From Escherichia phage vB_vPM_PD06: 64,000 nucleotides of DNA. Both the position numbers and the translations under genes were made by a program. A model generated the notes under the pieces. The model searched no databases. It worked only from the letters and a program-made list of their open reading frames with translations, and was not told the DNA's origin. The stretch lies in the sequence record NC_052653.1; one strand, written 5' to 3'. This document shows positions 33,530 through 43,304 of the stretch, piece by piece; positions within the stretch are counted from its first letter, which is position 1, and the number at the start of each line of letters is the position of its first letter.

Positions 33530-34379
33530 TCAAATTCAACATTTTGCTAATACTTTTACTAACCTGAAGGAAGCAAAATTTAACATTGCAGATTATTCCA
33601 AACTAAAGTTTGGTAGTAACCAGGCAGCAAAAAGAATGGGACGCATTCTGGCTGAAAGTTTCTTTTCTAAATATGAAGAACGACTAGTAAATGAAAGTTT
33701 TGTTGTTATTCCATCTCCATACAACTATGTGAAAAATGCAGCTACAGTGTTATCTGAACATTTTGTAGATCACCTCAACTACCTAATCTCTATCAAAGGA
33801 GGTAAAGCAGTAGAGTGGGATATCGTTCATCGTAAAGTGAGTTATATCAATGATTATGGATTTCTTAGCAAAGAAGATCGTAAGGCTTTGATCGATGGTG
33901 ACACTTTCTCTATCAATCGTGATTTCTGGGGTAATAAAACTCTGATTTTCATTGATGATGTTAATATTACAGGAACACACGAAGAAAAACTTATTGAAAT
34001 TTTAGACAAAGAAGGTGTTGAAAACGATACGTTTTTCCTGTACTTTGCAAAGTATGAAGGTACAGAAGCCAACACCGAAGCTGCGCTTAACTTCAACTAT
34101 ATCAATAACTTGGCAGCTTTTATTAAAATGATTAAGCAAGAAACTGATGCTAAATGTTTGGTTCGTCCTATTAAGTATCTAATGAGTCAAAGCGAAGTTG
34201 ATTTTAAAATTGCACTTTCACAACTTCCTTTGTATTATGTAGAACAACTGTTCTTTGGTTGCCTTGCAGAAGGTTACAATAATATTGAAAAATACAAAGA
34301 GAACTTTGATTTCCTGCGTCAATTTTTTGAAAGCAACATTATCAACAAATCTAATGTTAAAGGGGATTATTATGTCTAA
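33522..34379 (+). CDS. Phosphoribosyltransferase-like protein
   Basis: PRTase signature TLIFIDDVNITGTHEE. Confidence 0.55.
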   Translation: MRNQIQHFANTFTNLKEAKFNIADYSKLKFGSNQAAKRMGRILAESFFSKYEERLVNESFVVIPSPYNYVKNAATVLSEHFVDHLNYLISIKGGKAVEWDIVHRKVSYINDYGFLSKEDRKALIDGDTFSINRDFWGNKTLIFIDDVNITGTHEEKLIEILDKEGVENDTFFLYFAKYEGTEANTEAALNFNYINNLAAFIKMIKQETDAKCLVRPIKYLMSQSEVDFKIALSQLPLYYVEQLFFGCLAEGYNNIEKYKENFDFLRQFFESNIINKSNVKGDYYV

Positions 34380-35088
34380 TAAAGTGACGACTTTCGGAGA
34401 TCCTATCACCAATATTACAGAAAAAGATTTTGGGCGTGTAGCAACAGATAAAGATGGTGTCTTAAGAATTCGTGTACAAGGCATTACAGCACAGGATGAA
34501 TATGCTGTGTATGTTTCAGGTCTTAATTATATTGATGATCGCATTACACAAAACTTTGCACTGATCGGTGGTGTAGAGAAAATGTACTGGGAAGATGAAA
34601 TTGTAACAAGTTATCCAGCAGGTATCATTGAGGTACACGGTGATCTTTTAGCAGCAGCCGAGAGAGGCGATATAGACGCTATAGCACACTGCTGTAACTG
34701 TTTTTGCACTATGGGTAGTGGTATTGCACCAAAAATTAAAAGCAAGTGGCCTGGTGCGTTTAAAGCAGATTGTGCCACTAAGCGTGGTGATTATAAAAAA
34801 TTAGGTACGTTTACTAAGTATACAGAAAACAATTTGACAATTTATAATTTATATGGACAATATGGTTATAGTCGTCGTGAGGAAGGTAAGCGTGACCTGA
34901 ATTATGAAGCTATCTACAATGCGTTAGATAGTATGGGAGACGATGTTGTATCTTCAGGCGGTAAAATTGTAGGTTTACCAATGCTTGGTTGTGGTTTGGC
35001 TGGAGGTTCTTGGAATATTGTAAAACTTATGATCGAAGAAACTCTAGTGAACAAAGGTTTAAATGTAATTGTTTACAAACTGAAATAA
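34372..35088 (+). CDS. Macro-domain (ADP-ribose binding/processing) protein
   Basis: GDIDAIAHCCNCFCTMGSGIA aligns with macro consensus DAIVNAANxxLxxGGGV. Confidence 0.55.
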   Translation: MSNKVTTFGDPITNITEKDFGRVATDKDGVLRIRVQGITAQDEYAVYVSGLNYIDDRITQNFALIGGVEKMYWEDEIVTSYPAGIIEVHGDLLAAAERGDIDAIAHCCNCFCTMGSGIAPKIKSKWPGAFKADCATKRGDYKKLGTFTKYTENNLTIYNLYGQYGYSRREEGKRDLNYEAIYNALDSMGDDVVSSGGKIVGLPMLGCGLAGGSWNIVKLMIEETLVNKGLNVIVYKLK

Positions 35089-35097
35089 GGAGAAAGT

Positions 35098-35304
35098 ATG
35101 GCAGGTGTTTTAGCAGTATTAGGTTGTTTTATTGTTGTATTCTTGATTGTGTTAATCCCTAGTTGGCTACTGCTTTTAGCATACAACTATATGATTGACA
35201 TTATCGGTTTAGACTGGCATCATGTTCCTGTAACGTTTTGGAGTGTAGTCTGTGTGACGTTCATTCTTGCGGTACTTCGTGGTATCTTTCAATCTAACAA
35301 ATAA
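35098..35304 (+). CDS. Small membrane protein (68 aa)
   Basis: AAGGAG RBS; two hydrophobic helices. Confidence 0.6.
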   Translation: MAGVLAVLGCFIVVFLIVLIPSWLLLLAYNYMIDIIGLDWHHVPVTFWSVVCVTFILAVLRGIFQSNK

Positions 35305-35318
35305 GAGAGGATCTTTAT

Positions 35319-35567
35319 ATGCGTAAAGTAAATGTTGAAGTGCTTGAAAAATTTAAAAACACTCGTGATTGTACTATTGGTAAGGTTTATGAGGCTATTC
35401 TCCTTGAAGATGGAGATATTGTTCCTGCCCCGTATCACGCCTTTAATGGTCAGGTTAGCAAAGTGGAAGGTGGTCTTGCTGTTTGCTTTATTGATGATGT
35501 AGGTGATGCTGTAGCTTTCCCTATCATTAACAAAGAAGATAAACTTAAAATTACAGAACTGAACTAG
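35319..35567 (+). CDS. Hypothetical protein (82 aa)
   Basis: Six-frame ORF. Confidence 0.6.
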   Translation: MRKVNVEVLEKFKNTRDCTIGKVYEAILLEDGDIVPAPYHAFNGQVSKVEGGLAVCFIDDVGDAVAFPIINKEDKLKITELN

Positions 35568-35644
35568 TTGACTTTCTTTAAAAACAGTTTATAGTATACG
35601 ACATATAGCGGAGGATTGTCCTCCGCATTAAAGAGGAGAAAAGA

Positions 35645-36622
35645 ATGCAACTGGGTTTCCCAATTATTGATGTGGTTGTTTTAGTGGGTATTTTAGTCTT
35701 GTCGATTTGTATTGATTTCTTCGGACACAGAGAAAACAAAGAAATCTCATTTAAATCTGCAATTGGCTGGTCAATTTTCTGGATTGGGGTATCATTAGCC
35801 TACTATGGTTTTGTATACTTCCAACACGGTGCTGATTTCGCGAGCTTGTTCTTGAGTGGGTATGTGTTGGAGAAATCTCTTTCTGTAGATAACTTAGTAG
35901 TATTTGTGGCAGTATTCGCAAGTTTTGGTATTAAAAGCACACACTTGCAACACAAGATTCTACTTTGGGGTATTGCAGGTGCGATTGTCTTCCGAGGTGT
36001 GTTTGTAGCAGTAGGCACTTACTTGTTGAGTTTGGGCTGGTATGTTAATATCTTCTTCGGTGCTGTCATCCTTTTCTGTGCAGCTAAAATGGTATTCGCT
36101 GGAGATAATGACGCAGAAGTTGATTACTCTAAACACTGGGCTACTCGCATTGTTCGTAAGCTGTTCCCTGTATCTGATCAGATGGATGGTGAGAAGTTCT
36201 TCACAATCAAAAATGGTGTTCGTGTAGCAACTCCTGCATTGGTTTGTGTGTTTGTAATGGAAATGGTTGACGTAATCTTTGCAGTAGACTCTGTTCCAGC
36301 AGTAATTGCAGTGACACAAGAACCTCTGCTTGTATTTTCTTCAATGCTGTGTGCAATTTTAGGTCTACGTGCTCTGTTCTTTGTCCTTAGTGTTGCACTG
36401 AAATATTTGGTTCATCTGGAGAAAGCAGTTATCGTAGTCCTGGTATTTGTGGGTGTAAAACTGATGTATCACCCGTTTGCAGAAACTCTGCACGCAAAAG
36501 TGAGTTTCCTGCCAGCACACATTGATCCGACGATCAGTATGTATATTGTGTTAGGTACTCTGGGGCTGGGTGTTATTGCAAGTTTAATCTTCCCTGAAAA
36601 AGAAGACCAGGCTGTTGCTTAA
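35645..36622 (+). CDS. TerC-family integral membrane protein
   Basis: Duplicated TerC motifs EKSLSVDNLVVF and VDVIFAVDSVPAVIAV; multiple TM helices. Confidence 0.75.
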   Translation: MQLGFPIIDVVVLVGILVLSICIDFFGHRENKEISFKSAIGWSIFWIGVSLAYYGFVYFQHGADFASLFLSGYVLEKSLSVDNLVVFVAVFASFGIKSTHLQHKILLWGIAGAIVFRGVFVAVGTYLLSLGWYVNIFFGAVILFCAAKMVFAGDNDAEVDYSKHWATRIVRKLFPVSDQMDGEKFFTIKNGVRVATPALVCVFVMEMVDVIFAVDSVPAVIAVTQEPLLVFSSMLCAILGLRALFFVLSVALKYLVHLEKAVIVVLVFVGVKLMYHPFAETLHAKVSFLPAHIDPTISMYIVLGTLGLGVIASLIFPEKEDQAVA

Positions 36623-36628
36623 TTCATT

Positions 36629-36650
36629 AAGCCCCTTCGGGGGCTTTGTT
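36629..36650 (+). terminator. Intrinsic terminator (UUCG loop)
   Basis: AAGCCCC-TTCG-GGGGCTT then TGTT. Confidence 0.55.
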
Positions 36651-36661
36651 GAGGTGATCTG

Positions 36662-36868
36662 ATGGTGGTTTTACGTGTTCTTTGGATTCTGTTTGAAAAT
36701 ATTTGTTTTGCTTTAGGGTTATTTTGTTTGATTTTTATCTTGACAACATACATTGATAACCATACAATTACTATCAACAGGAACGGAGAACAGATGTATT
36801 GTTTCTCTAGGGATTTTAAAAATTGTGTCGAGACTTTAAATGAGAGGGTTACAAATGAAAAACATTAA
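36662..36868 (+). CDS. Small membrane protein (68 aa)
   Basis: GAGGTG RBS; hydrophobic N-terminus. Confidence 0.5.
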   Translation: MVVLRVLWILFENICFALGLFCLIFILTTYIDNHTITINRNGEQMYCFSRDFKNCVETLNERVTNEKH

Positions 36869-37445
36869 ATCTTTTATTGTTGCAGTTGTTTTAGGTAGTG
36901 CATTGCTGGTAGGTTGTGATGATTCTGAAAATGTACAAAACCAACGTTACCAACAAACACCAAATCAGATGGTAGATGAACAATATGTAAATCAACCTGC
37001 ACCTCAAGTTGTTCAAGCAGCACCTGCACAACCTTCAACAGTTGTTGTGCAAGGAGGCGGTAGTGGTTCTTCTGGTGTAGGTGAATTTGCTACAGGTATG
37101 CTTCTTGGTCATATGTTGAGTGGTAATAGTGGCGGTGGTGGTTATAGAGATGGCGGTAGCAATACAACAATTATTAATAACAACGCTGCTCCTACAACTA
37201 ACAGTAAATCATATACAACACAAAAGCATAGTTTTTATGATAAACAAGGGAATACATATACAACAACTAAACAAAACACAATTAAGCAGCAAAGTGTACA
37301 AACGTATTCACGCCCATCAACAACAAAAGTGAATAGTGATTACTCTGCTCGTAAGTCTTACTCAAGCCCTATTAGCTCTTATAGTAAGTCTTCGAAAAGT
37401 TATTCTTCGTCGAAACGTAGTTTTAGTAGCTCACGTCGTCGTTAA
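36855..37445 (+). CDS. Lipoprotein, Gly/Ser-rich (196 aa)
   Basis: MKNIKSFIVAVVLGSALLVGC with lipobox LVGC. Confidence 0.6.
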   Translation: MKNIKSFIVAVVLGSALLVGCDDSENVQNQRYQQTPNQMVDEQYVNQPAPQVVQAAPAQPSTVVVQGGGSGSSGVGEFATGMLLGHMLSGNSGGGGYRDGGSNTTIINNNAAPTTNSKSYTTQKHSFYDKQGNTYTTTKQNTIKQQSVQTYSRPSTTKVNSDYSARKSYSSPISSYSKSSKSYSSSKRSFSSSRRR

Positions 37446-37480
37446 TAATTTAATACAGATTAAATAAGAAGGAGAAACAG

Positions 37481-38332
37481 ATGAAACTAGAAGTTGGTAA
37501 AGTGTATCGCCTGGAAGGTTGGATCTTTAATCAAGAAATTCTTGAGAAGAATAAAGATGGTTTTGAGTTTGTTGGTACTACCAAAGAAAGTATGCACGAT
37601 GACGAATACTGTAAATTCGTTGGTAAAAATACAGGTCAAGAACAATTTTGCTTTAAAAGCGCAATCGGTGATTATGCTTCTGTAATGCCAACGCCAGAAA
37701 AAACTTCGAAACAATATACTGTCTTTGGTGTAAAACTTGAAGAGCTTGTAGAACACCCACGTTTTGAAGAGTTTAAGGTTGCTGCAATGTGCAAGCATTC
37801 TGAAATTAAGATACATAATTTGTTTGATTTAGAAGATCGGTTTGATATCTTTATGTATGATCGCAGGGGAAAGCATTTTGATGCAACGACTTCAAAATTT
37901 GCTGCAACAGAGGATATTAAAATCCTTGATGTTGATACCTTTCTTGAGAGTGTATCGTTTGTATTCATTCCTAAATACAAAAAACGTAGTGATCATAAAC
38001 GTGTGAAAGGAACTCCTCGTAAAAAACGTACTGTAAACAAAGCAACTTTGCACTTCACTTCTGGTGATAAATATACTCTCAAAGGGTTTGAAAGTGTTTT
38101 GTATGATGCGGGAACGGGTAATATCAAGTTTATCATTAAGGCAACCTACAAAGGTACGGTATTGCACGAAGAGGCTGTTACACTACCTGTATTCGATATC
38201 TCTCGTGTTGAGGTACGGGGTGTTAAAGAGTCCTTCGATCTGGATTTCTTAACCACTAATGCTACTGGTTATGTTAACCTGGAAGCAGATGGAGCATTTA
38301 TTACTACAAATTATTTAGATATGTTTGTTTAA
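37481..38332 (+). CDS. Hypothetical protein (283 aa)
   Basis: AAGGAG RBS. Confidence 0.65.
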   Translation: MKLEVGKVYRLEGWIFNQEILEKNKDGFEFVGTTKESMHDDEYCKFVGKNTGQEQFCFKSAIGDYASVMPTPEKTSKQYTVFGVKLEELVEHPRFEEFKVAAMCKHSEIKIHNLFDLEDRFDIFMYDRRGKHFDATTSKFAATEDIKILDVDTFLESVSFVFIPKYKKRSDHKRVKGTPRKKRTVNKATLHFTSGDKYTLKGFESVLYDAGTGNIKFIIKATYKGTVLHEEAVTLPVFDISRVEVRGVKESFDLDFLTTNATGYVNLEADGAFITTNYLDMFV

Positions 38333-38400
38333 TACTTAATTTGTGTTATGATGGTGGTACAGAGGTATCACCATCTACTAAAGAATATGGAGGAAATTGA

Positions 38401-39504
38401 ATGTCCAGTCCTTTTATCAGTGCCGTAAAAAGCAAACCGTCTGAAACGAGTGTATTCACGGCAACAACAGAAAAAAGTAAGTCTTTGTTTGCTCCAAGTG
38501 CTATGGATGCAAGCCCTGTATATGCCCCTGCTGTTGCACGACCTGTACAAATGCTGCCTCCAATGTCTCGTGAAGAGATTGAACAGGTTGGTGCTGATGC
38601 AGGACTTACTCTTCGTAACCTTAATGCGGAAGTGCTTAAACACCAGCGTTCATCTCAGGGAGATGAAATGAGTGAGCGTTTAACCGCACTTATTAAGCAA
38701 GCAAAGCAACTTGATCCTAATTCTATTAAACAATCTAAAGGTTTAGGTAAGCTAGTTAAGAAAGTATTAGGTATGAAAGAAGATTTGTTTGGAGAATTTG
38801 ACACCATCAATAATCGTATTGAAGGTTTGGTAAAGACACTCCAAACAGACTTGAAAAAAGAAGAAGATTCTTTACGATATCTGCAACGTTTAGAAGAGGC
38901 TATTGCAAAATATGCTCTTAGCTTAAACAGGGATATAGAGCTTCTAACAGCTACTTATGAAAAAGAAGAAGTTCACCTTAATACACTACCTGAAAATGAA
39001 GTAGAAGAGCGTCAACGTACTCGTGATACTATGGATCTGCTTGAAATTCGTATTGCAGACCTGAAAGCCTTGCGTTTACTGTGTGTTCAGATGGGGCCAC
39101 GTGTACAAAGTATGCAGAAAGTATCTGCAAGTTTGATGCGATCAGCCCGTAATATTGTGAATAATGTTATTCCTGCTTACTCTGCAAACTTTTCTATGTA
39201 TATTGAAAGTCTACGCCAGAAGAAAGCAGCCGATACACAGAACAATGTACTGAATGAATTTAATGCTGCTATTGCAATGGGTAGTGATCTGGCTGCACAA
39301 AACCAAATTGAAGCTACACAACTTGCTAATCGTCAAGTATTGGATATTGAGACATTACGTCGCGATCAAGAAAACTTAGTTAAAATGTTGGAAGAAACTA
39401 ATCGGATCAACACTGAAGCCCGTGCTGCTCGTATTGATTACATTCAAGAAGTGCAATCTCTTGAAGATGGTATGATTCAAACTGTTAAACGTGGTCTACT
39501 TTAA
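38401..39504 (+). CDS. TelA-like (toxic anion resistance family) coiled-coil protein
   Basis: About 367 aa, extended coiled-coil, size and pattern resemble TelA/KlaA; GGAGG RBS. Confidence 0.45.
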   Translation: MSSPFISAVKSKPSETSVFTATTEKSKSLFAPSAMDASPVYAPAVARPVQMLPPMSREEIEQVGADAGLTLRNLNAEVLKHQRSSQGDEMSERLTALIKQAKQLDPNSIKQSKGLGKLVKKVLGMKEDLFGEFDTINNRIEGLVKTLQTDLKKEEDSLRYLQRLEEAIAKYALSLNRDIELLTATYEKEEVHLNTLPENEVEERQRTRDTMDLLEIRIADLKALRLLCVQMGPRVQSMQKVSASLMRSARNIVNNVIPAYSANFSMYIESLRQKKAADTQNNVLNEFNAAIAMGSDLAAQNQIEATQLANRQVLDIETLRRDQENLVKMLEETNRINTEARAARIDYIQEVQSLEDGMIQTVKRGLL

Positions 39505-39517
39505 GGAGAAATATATT

Positions 39518-39724
39518 ATGAATATTAAAATTTACAAACTGTCTGGTTCTATGATCGCTGTCCAGTACGACAATGAAGATCGTTATGTTCTCCTCCAGGA
39601 TGCTTGGTTAGATGATCCTAATGTATTTACTGTCCTGCGAGAACTACGTTCTGTCTATACCTATTCTTCTAAAGATGGTTTTGATAGTTCAACGATGGAT
39701 TTGGTAAAAGAGGAGAATGTGTAA
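39518..39724 (+). CDS. Hypothetical protein (68 aa)
   Basis: AAGGAG RBS. Confidence 0.55.
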   Translation: MNIKIYKLSGSMIAVQYDNEDRYVLLQDAWLDDPNVFTVLRELRSVYTYSSKDGFDSSTMDLVKEENV

Positions 39725-39927
39725 TGAATAAAGATATTCACTTAACTCGTGAAGAATTACAAACCATTATGGAAGATGCTTTCATTGATGGTTGGAAACA
39801 ATGTCAAGAGTCAAATTGGTATGATGCCGAAAACTTTTTGTATTATCATATGACTGCACCTGTAGACGAGCCAACACATTCTGAAACAACTTTGGCCTTA
39901 ATTGATCTTAAGGCTGGTGTATTTTAG
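39724..39927 (+). CDS. Hypothetical protein (67 aa)
   Basis: Start overlaps upstream stop. Confidence 0.55.
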   Translation: MNKDIHLTREELQTIMEDAFIDGWKQCQESNWYDAENFLYYHMTAPVDEPTHSETTLALIDLKAGVF

Positions 39928-40011
39928 TTGTAACTATCTCTTTAAACGAGTTACAAAAGATCACCAGAGAGGCTTTCTATTTAGGCTGGAGGGCAGGTAA
40001 AGGAGAAGACA

Positions 40012-40281
40012 GTGCTTAAATTTAATATCAAAGACGATAAATCAGATGAACCTAAATGTTTTGGAGAACTTGACGCAGGTGATACATTCGTATATTATGT
40101 TGCGTATCAAGATTCTGGTTTAGATACGTTCAGAAACTTAGTGTTTATTAAAGTTAATACAAACCAAGCAATGTGTCTGAACGGTTCACAAAGAGGTCAA
40201 CTTAGCTGTATTTCATATGATACAGAAATGGTAGAAGTGGATTTAGAAGTTACTAACATTACACTCAGAAAGGAGAAATAA
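40012..40281 (+). CDS. Hypothetical protein (89 aa; GTG start)
   Basis: GTG after AAAGGAGAAGACA. Confidence 0.55.
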   Translation: MLKFNIKDDKSDEPKCFGELDAGDTFVYYVAYQDSGLDTFRNLVFIKVNTNQAMCLNGSQRGQLSCISYDTEMVEVDLEVTNITLRKEK

Positions 40282-40282
40282 T

Positions 40283-41077
40283 ATGTCCAATAAAATCAGT
40301 CTTAAAAAACGTCAAGAAACTCTTACTGTATCTCTGCGTAAGAAAAAGATTAACGATGTTGTTCTTCGTGTCGGTAGCGCCTTAGATATTTCGGGTAGTA
40401 TGTGTGAGCTGTATCGTGATGGCACTGTTAGTGATTTTGTAGGTAAACTGCTGCCGTTTGGTATGAAGTTTGATGACAATGCACAGATTGACATGTGGGC
40501 TTTCAATAGTTCTTCTTTTGAACTGCCTCCTGCAACGGCTGATGTGTATGATGATTATGTCGGCTCTTGCATGTCTAATGTTTGCATCAACGGTGGTACT
40601 GCTTATGCTCCAGTAATGCAAGAGATCTATGATACATACTTCGGTAGTGTACCTATGAAAAATATTACACGCGAAGTCGTTGAGTATGAAGAAGTCCCGG
40701 CTAAGGGTTTCCTTGCTAAACTAACTGGTAAAAAAGAACTTGTAGAAGTAACACGTACTATTGTAGAACAGGTTGTAGATACTGATGCACAAGTTGATCG
40801 TACTCCTGCAATGATTTTCTTCCAAACTGACGGGGAAAACATGGATACTTCAGCAGTACGTAGCTTACTGAACAAACACCGCAATACGCCTGTTTACTGG
40901 TTTATGGTTGGTGTAGGTAATGCAAACTTTAAATTCCTGAAAGACTTGGCAAAAGAGTACGATAATGTTGATTTTATCGGTATTGCAGATTTGTCCTTGT
41001 CTGATGAAGAACTTTACGATAAACTGTTATCCGAAGAGTTTGGTGAGTGGGTTAAAAAATTCGGAGCAAAAGCGTAA
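40283..41077 (+). CDS. vWA-domain protein (TerY-like) with TerD-like N-terminal strand
   Basis: MIDAS DISGSM, GGTAY, FFQTDGEN; N-terminus ISLKKRQETLTVSLRK. Confidence 0.6.
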   Translation: MSNKISLKKRQETLTVSLRKKKINDVVLRVGSALDISGSMCELYRDGTVSDFVGKLLPFGMKFDDNAQIDMWAFNSSSFELPPATADVYDDYVGSCMSNVCINGGTAYAPVMQEIYDTYFGSVPMKNITREVVEYEEVPAKGFLAKLTGKKELVEVTRTIVEQVVDTDAQVDRTPAMIFFQTDGENMDTSAVRSLLNKHRNTPVYWFMVGVGNANFKFLKDLAKEYDNVDFIGIADLSLSDEELYDKLLSEEFGEWVKKFGAKA

Positions 41078-41084
41078 AAAACGC

Positions 41085-41112
41085 TTGACTTTGTAGAAAA
41101 GATTAGTAAAAT
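41085..41112 (+). promoter_or_regulatory. Sigma70-type promoter
   Basis: TTGACT, 16-bp spacer, TAAAAT. Confidence 0.5.
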
Positions 41113-41149
41113 AGACAACGTAAATTAACAACAAAGGAGATAATAAATT

Positions 41150-41746
41150 ATGACTCAGAAAATTTCCCTGAAAAAAGGTTCTAGCGAAAAAGTTTCTCTG
41201 AAAAAGATCGCACCAGCACTGAAACGCATTCGTCTGGAATTCTCTTGGAAATCTAACGAAAAACTGGATCTGGATGTTAGTGCTCTGATTTGCCGACACA
41301 ATGCATCTGGTCTGCCGGAACTGTTGTCTCCTCGTCACCTGGTGTGCTACGCGCAGAAATTTGATCCTGAACGTTCTACTTTTGCAGGTGAAGATGTTCG
41401 TGATGGTGTAGGACAGATGGAGCAGATTGATGTTACACTGGATAATATCTCTGCTGAAGCACAGGAAATTGCATTCGTAATTACTATTGATGACGAAACG
41501 GGTAAGAAACGCCTTGGTCACGCTACCGAAGGTTTCCTTAAAATCTTCGATGATGAACGTAATGTTGAACTGCTGGACTTTGACTTCTTGGCTCCAGAAC
41601 TTGCAGGTAACACCATTTGCCACGTTGCCTCCCTGGTGCGAGAAGATAGCGAATGGAAACTGAAAGCGTATGGTGTAGGTAAAGCTGGGCTTGACATTTA
41701 CGATGTAGTTAAAGCGTTTGGCGCTGGCGACGATTGGTTCGAGTAA
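41150..41746 (+). CDS. TerD-domain protein
   Basis: MTQKISLKKGSSEKVSLKK...DLDVSAL...FVITIDD...WKLKAYGVG matches TerD layout; own promoter and terminator. Confidence 0.75.
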   Translation: MTQKISLKKGSSEKVSLKKIAPALKRIRLEFSWKSNEKLDLDVSALICRHNASGLPELLSPRHLVCYAQKFDPERSTFAGEDVRDGVGQMEQIDVTLDNISAEAQEIAFVITIDDETGKKRLGHATEGFLKIFDDERNVELLDFDFLAPELAGNTICHVASLVREDSEWKLKAYGVGKAGLDIYDVVKAFGAGDDWFE

Positions 41747-41767
41747 TACGTCAAGTAATAAATCATA

Positions 41768-41790
41768 GCGCCCTTCGGGGCGCATATTTT
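41768..41790 (+). terminator. Intrinsic terminator (UUCG loop)
   Basis: GCGCCC-TTCG-GGGCGC then ATATTTT. Confidence 0.6.
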
Positions 41791-41810
41791 AAATAAAAGA
41801 GGAGAAAACA

Positions 41811-42413
41811 ATGGGTATTACTTTAGAAGGTCAAAAACTTATTCGTAGCGGCAATTTTCTTGTAGATATTGACAACAATGAAGATTATGCTTTAGAAGTT
41901 AGTGATGTGCTGTTTGATGCTTTGCAGTCTGGTTTCAATTTTGAAGTTTATGAAGTAATCCGTGGAACTAAACTCAGAGAAACCCTTGGATCATCTAGTG
42001 ATGTTTATCCGGCAATCTGGCAATATTTCGGGTTGATGGAGGGTAAGACATATCTTACTGATAGTTATTCTGAAGATGTTGTTTATCTTGATATGGAAGA
42101 GTTTCGTCGTCTGTTCAAAAGTGAAGAAAATGAAGAAGAGGGTGAACTTTTTGAAGGAATTACTCTCGAAGGTAATGTTGAAATTGTGTACAAAGCAGGA
42201 AAAACATTCCACCTACGCGAAAACGGTAAAGCAAAAGTTGATTTTGTAAACAAGACAGTGACAACTGAACATAATTATCTTAAAGATGGTCAACCAGCTT
42301 TTGAGCGTGTAAAAATTAAATTTAAAGTGTTGTCTGCACTAGTTACGGATCAAGAACGTATTGATTTTGTAGAAGATGGTGTAGTAACTCATACAAAGGT
42401 TTACAATATCTAA
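41811..42413 (+). CDS. Hypothetical protein (200 aa), possibly Ter-module associated
   Basis: GAGGAG RBS; adjacent to TerD gene. Confidence 0.6.
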   Translation: MGITLEGQKLIRSGNFLVDIDNNEDYALEVSDVLFDALQSGFNFEVYEVIRGTKLRETLGSSSDVYPAIWQYFGLMEGKTYLTDSYSEDVVYLDMEEFRRLFKSEENEEEGELFEGITLEGNVEIVYKAGKTFHLRENGKAKVDFVNKTVTTEHNYLKDGQPAFERVKIKFKVLSALVTDQERIDFVEDGVVTHTKVYNI

Positions 42414-42423
42414 CAGAGTGTAA

Positions 42424-42442
42424 GAGGGGGATAATCCCCCTC
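42424..42442 (+). other. GC hairpin without U-tract
   Basis: GAGGGGG-ATAAT-CCCCCTC. Confidence 0.3.
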
Positions 42443-42505
42443 CACTTGCAAAATAGCCTCTTCTGTGTTACAATAAAAGTTCGTTTAACAAAATAGGAGG
42501 CAAGT

Positions 42506-43015
42506 TTGTCAATAAAAACCTTTGTCGCAATTGCGTTACTATCCTTAACTGCTTTTACATTTACACCTGTTGTGGCGCAAGCCGAAGCTGCAAACGTAAA
42601 AACTGCTAAAGTAGTTCACAAGTGTACAAAGCGTGATAGTAAAGAAAATCTATTAGCTTGTGCAATCTATGCAGAAAGTCGTAATCAAGGAAAGCGCGGT
42701 ATGTCTGCTGTTGGTAATGTAGTATTGAATAGGGCTAGAGATTCATATTTCCCTGATACTATAAAAGAAGTTTTGTTTCAGAAAGGACAATTCTCTTACA
42801 CGAAGACATTCAACGTTATGGAACACGATAAGTGGAAGGAAGCTAAGGCTATAGCAGAACGTCTACTTTATCTCGATAACCATTTTCCAGAACTACGAAT
42901 TGCATTAGATATTACAAAAGGAGCATTATACTTTAAAAAATCTACAATAAGAGCACACTGGGAAAAAGATATGGTTCTAGTGTACCGCTACAAAGAACAT
43001 CAATTCTATCGCTAA
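42506..43015 (+). CDS. Secreted cell-wall hydrolase (SleB-like); candidate endolysin
   Basis: TTG start after AGGAGG; signal peptide; LACAIYAESRNQGKRGMSAVGNVVLNRA...QKGQFS. Confidence 0.55.
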   Translation: MSIKTFVAIALLSLTAFTFTPVVAQAEAANVKTAKVVHKCTKRDSKENLLACAIYAESRNQGKRGMSAVGNVVLNRARDSYFPDTIKEVLFQKGQFSYTKTFNVMEHDKWKEAKAIAERLLYLDNHFPELRIALDITKGALYFKKSTIRAHWEKDMVLVYRYKEHQFYR

Positions 43016-43025
43016 GGAGATATAG

Positions 43026-43304
43026 ATGAAAGATGGCGTTATCGTTGCAAGTTATCTTGTTATTGGTCTTACAGAAGAGGATGTACATTACATTAGGAAA
43101 CATTTAGAACAGTTTGCAATGATGTTCATCGAAGACGAAGACAATGTGGATGTTTATTCAATTGAAATGATCAATGATAACGTCTATCCTTGTATAGCTT
43201 TACGAGTCGATGAAGATGTTTGGGAACGTTTTTCACGTAGTCACGATAATGTTGAATGTTCTATGGTTATGTCACAAAACAACATACTGGGAGTGTTACA
43301 CTGA
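43026..43304 (+). CDS. Hypothetical protein (92 aa)
   Basis: AAGGAG RBS. Confidence 0.6.
   Translation: MKDGVIVASYLVIGLTEEDVHYIRKHLEQFAMMFIEDEDNVDVYSIEMINDNVYPCIALRVDEDVWERFSRSHDNVECSMVMSQNNILGVLH

Noticed and set aside
35608-35630. Hairpin GCGGAGGA-TTGT-CCTCCGC as a terminator
   Set aside because: No T-run follows; may be an RNA stability or processing hairpin rather than a terminator.
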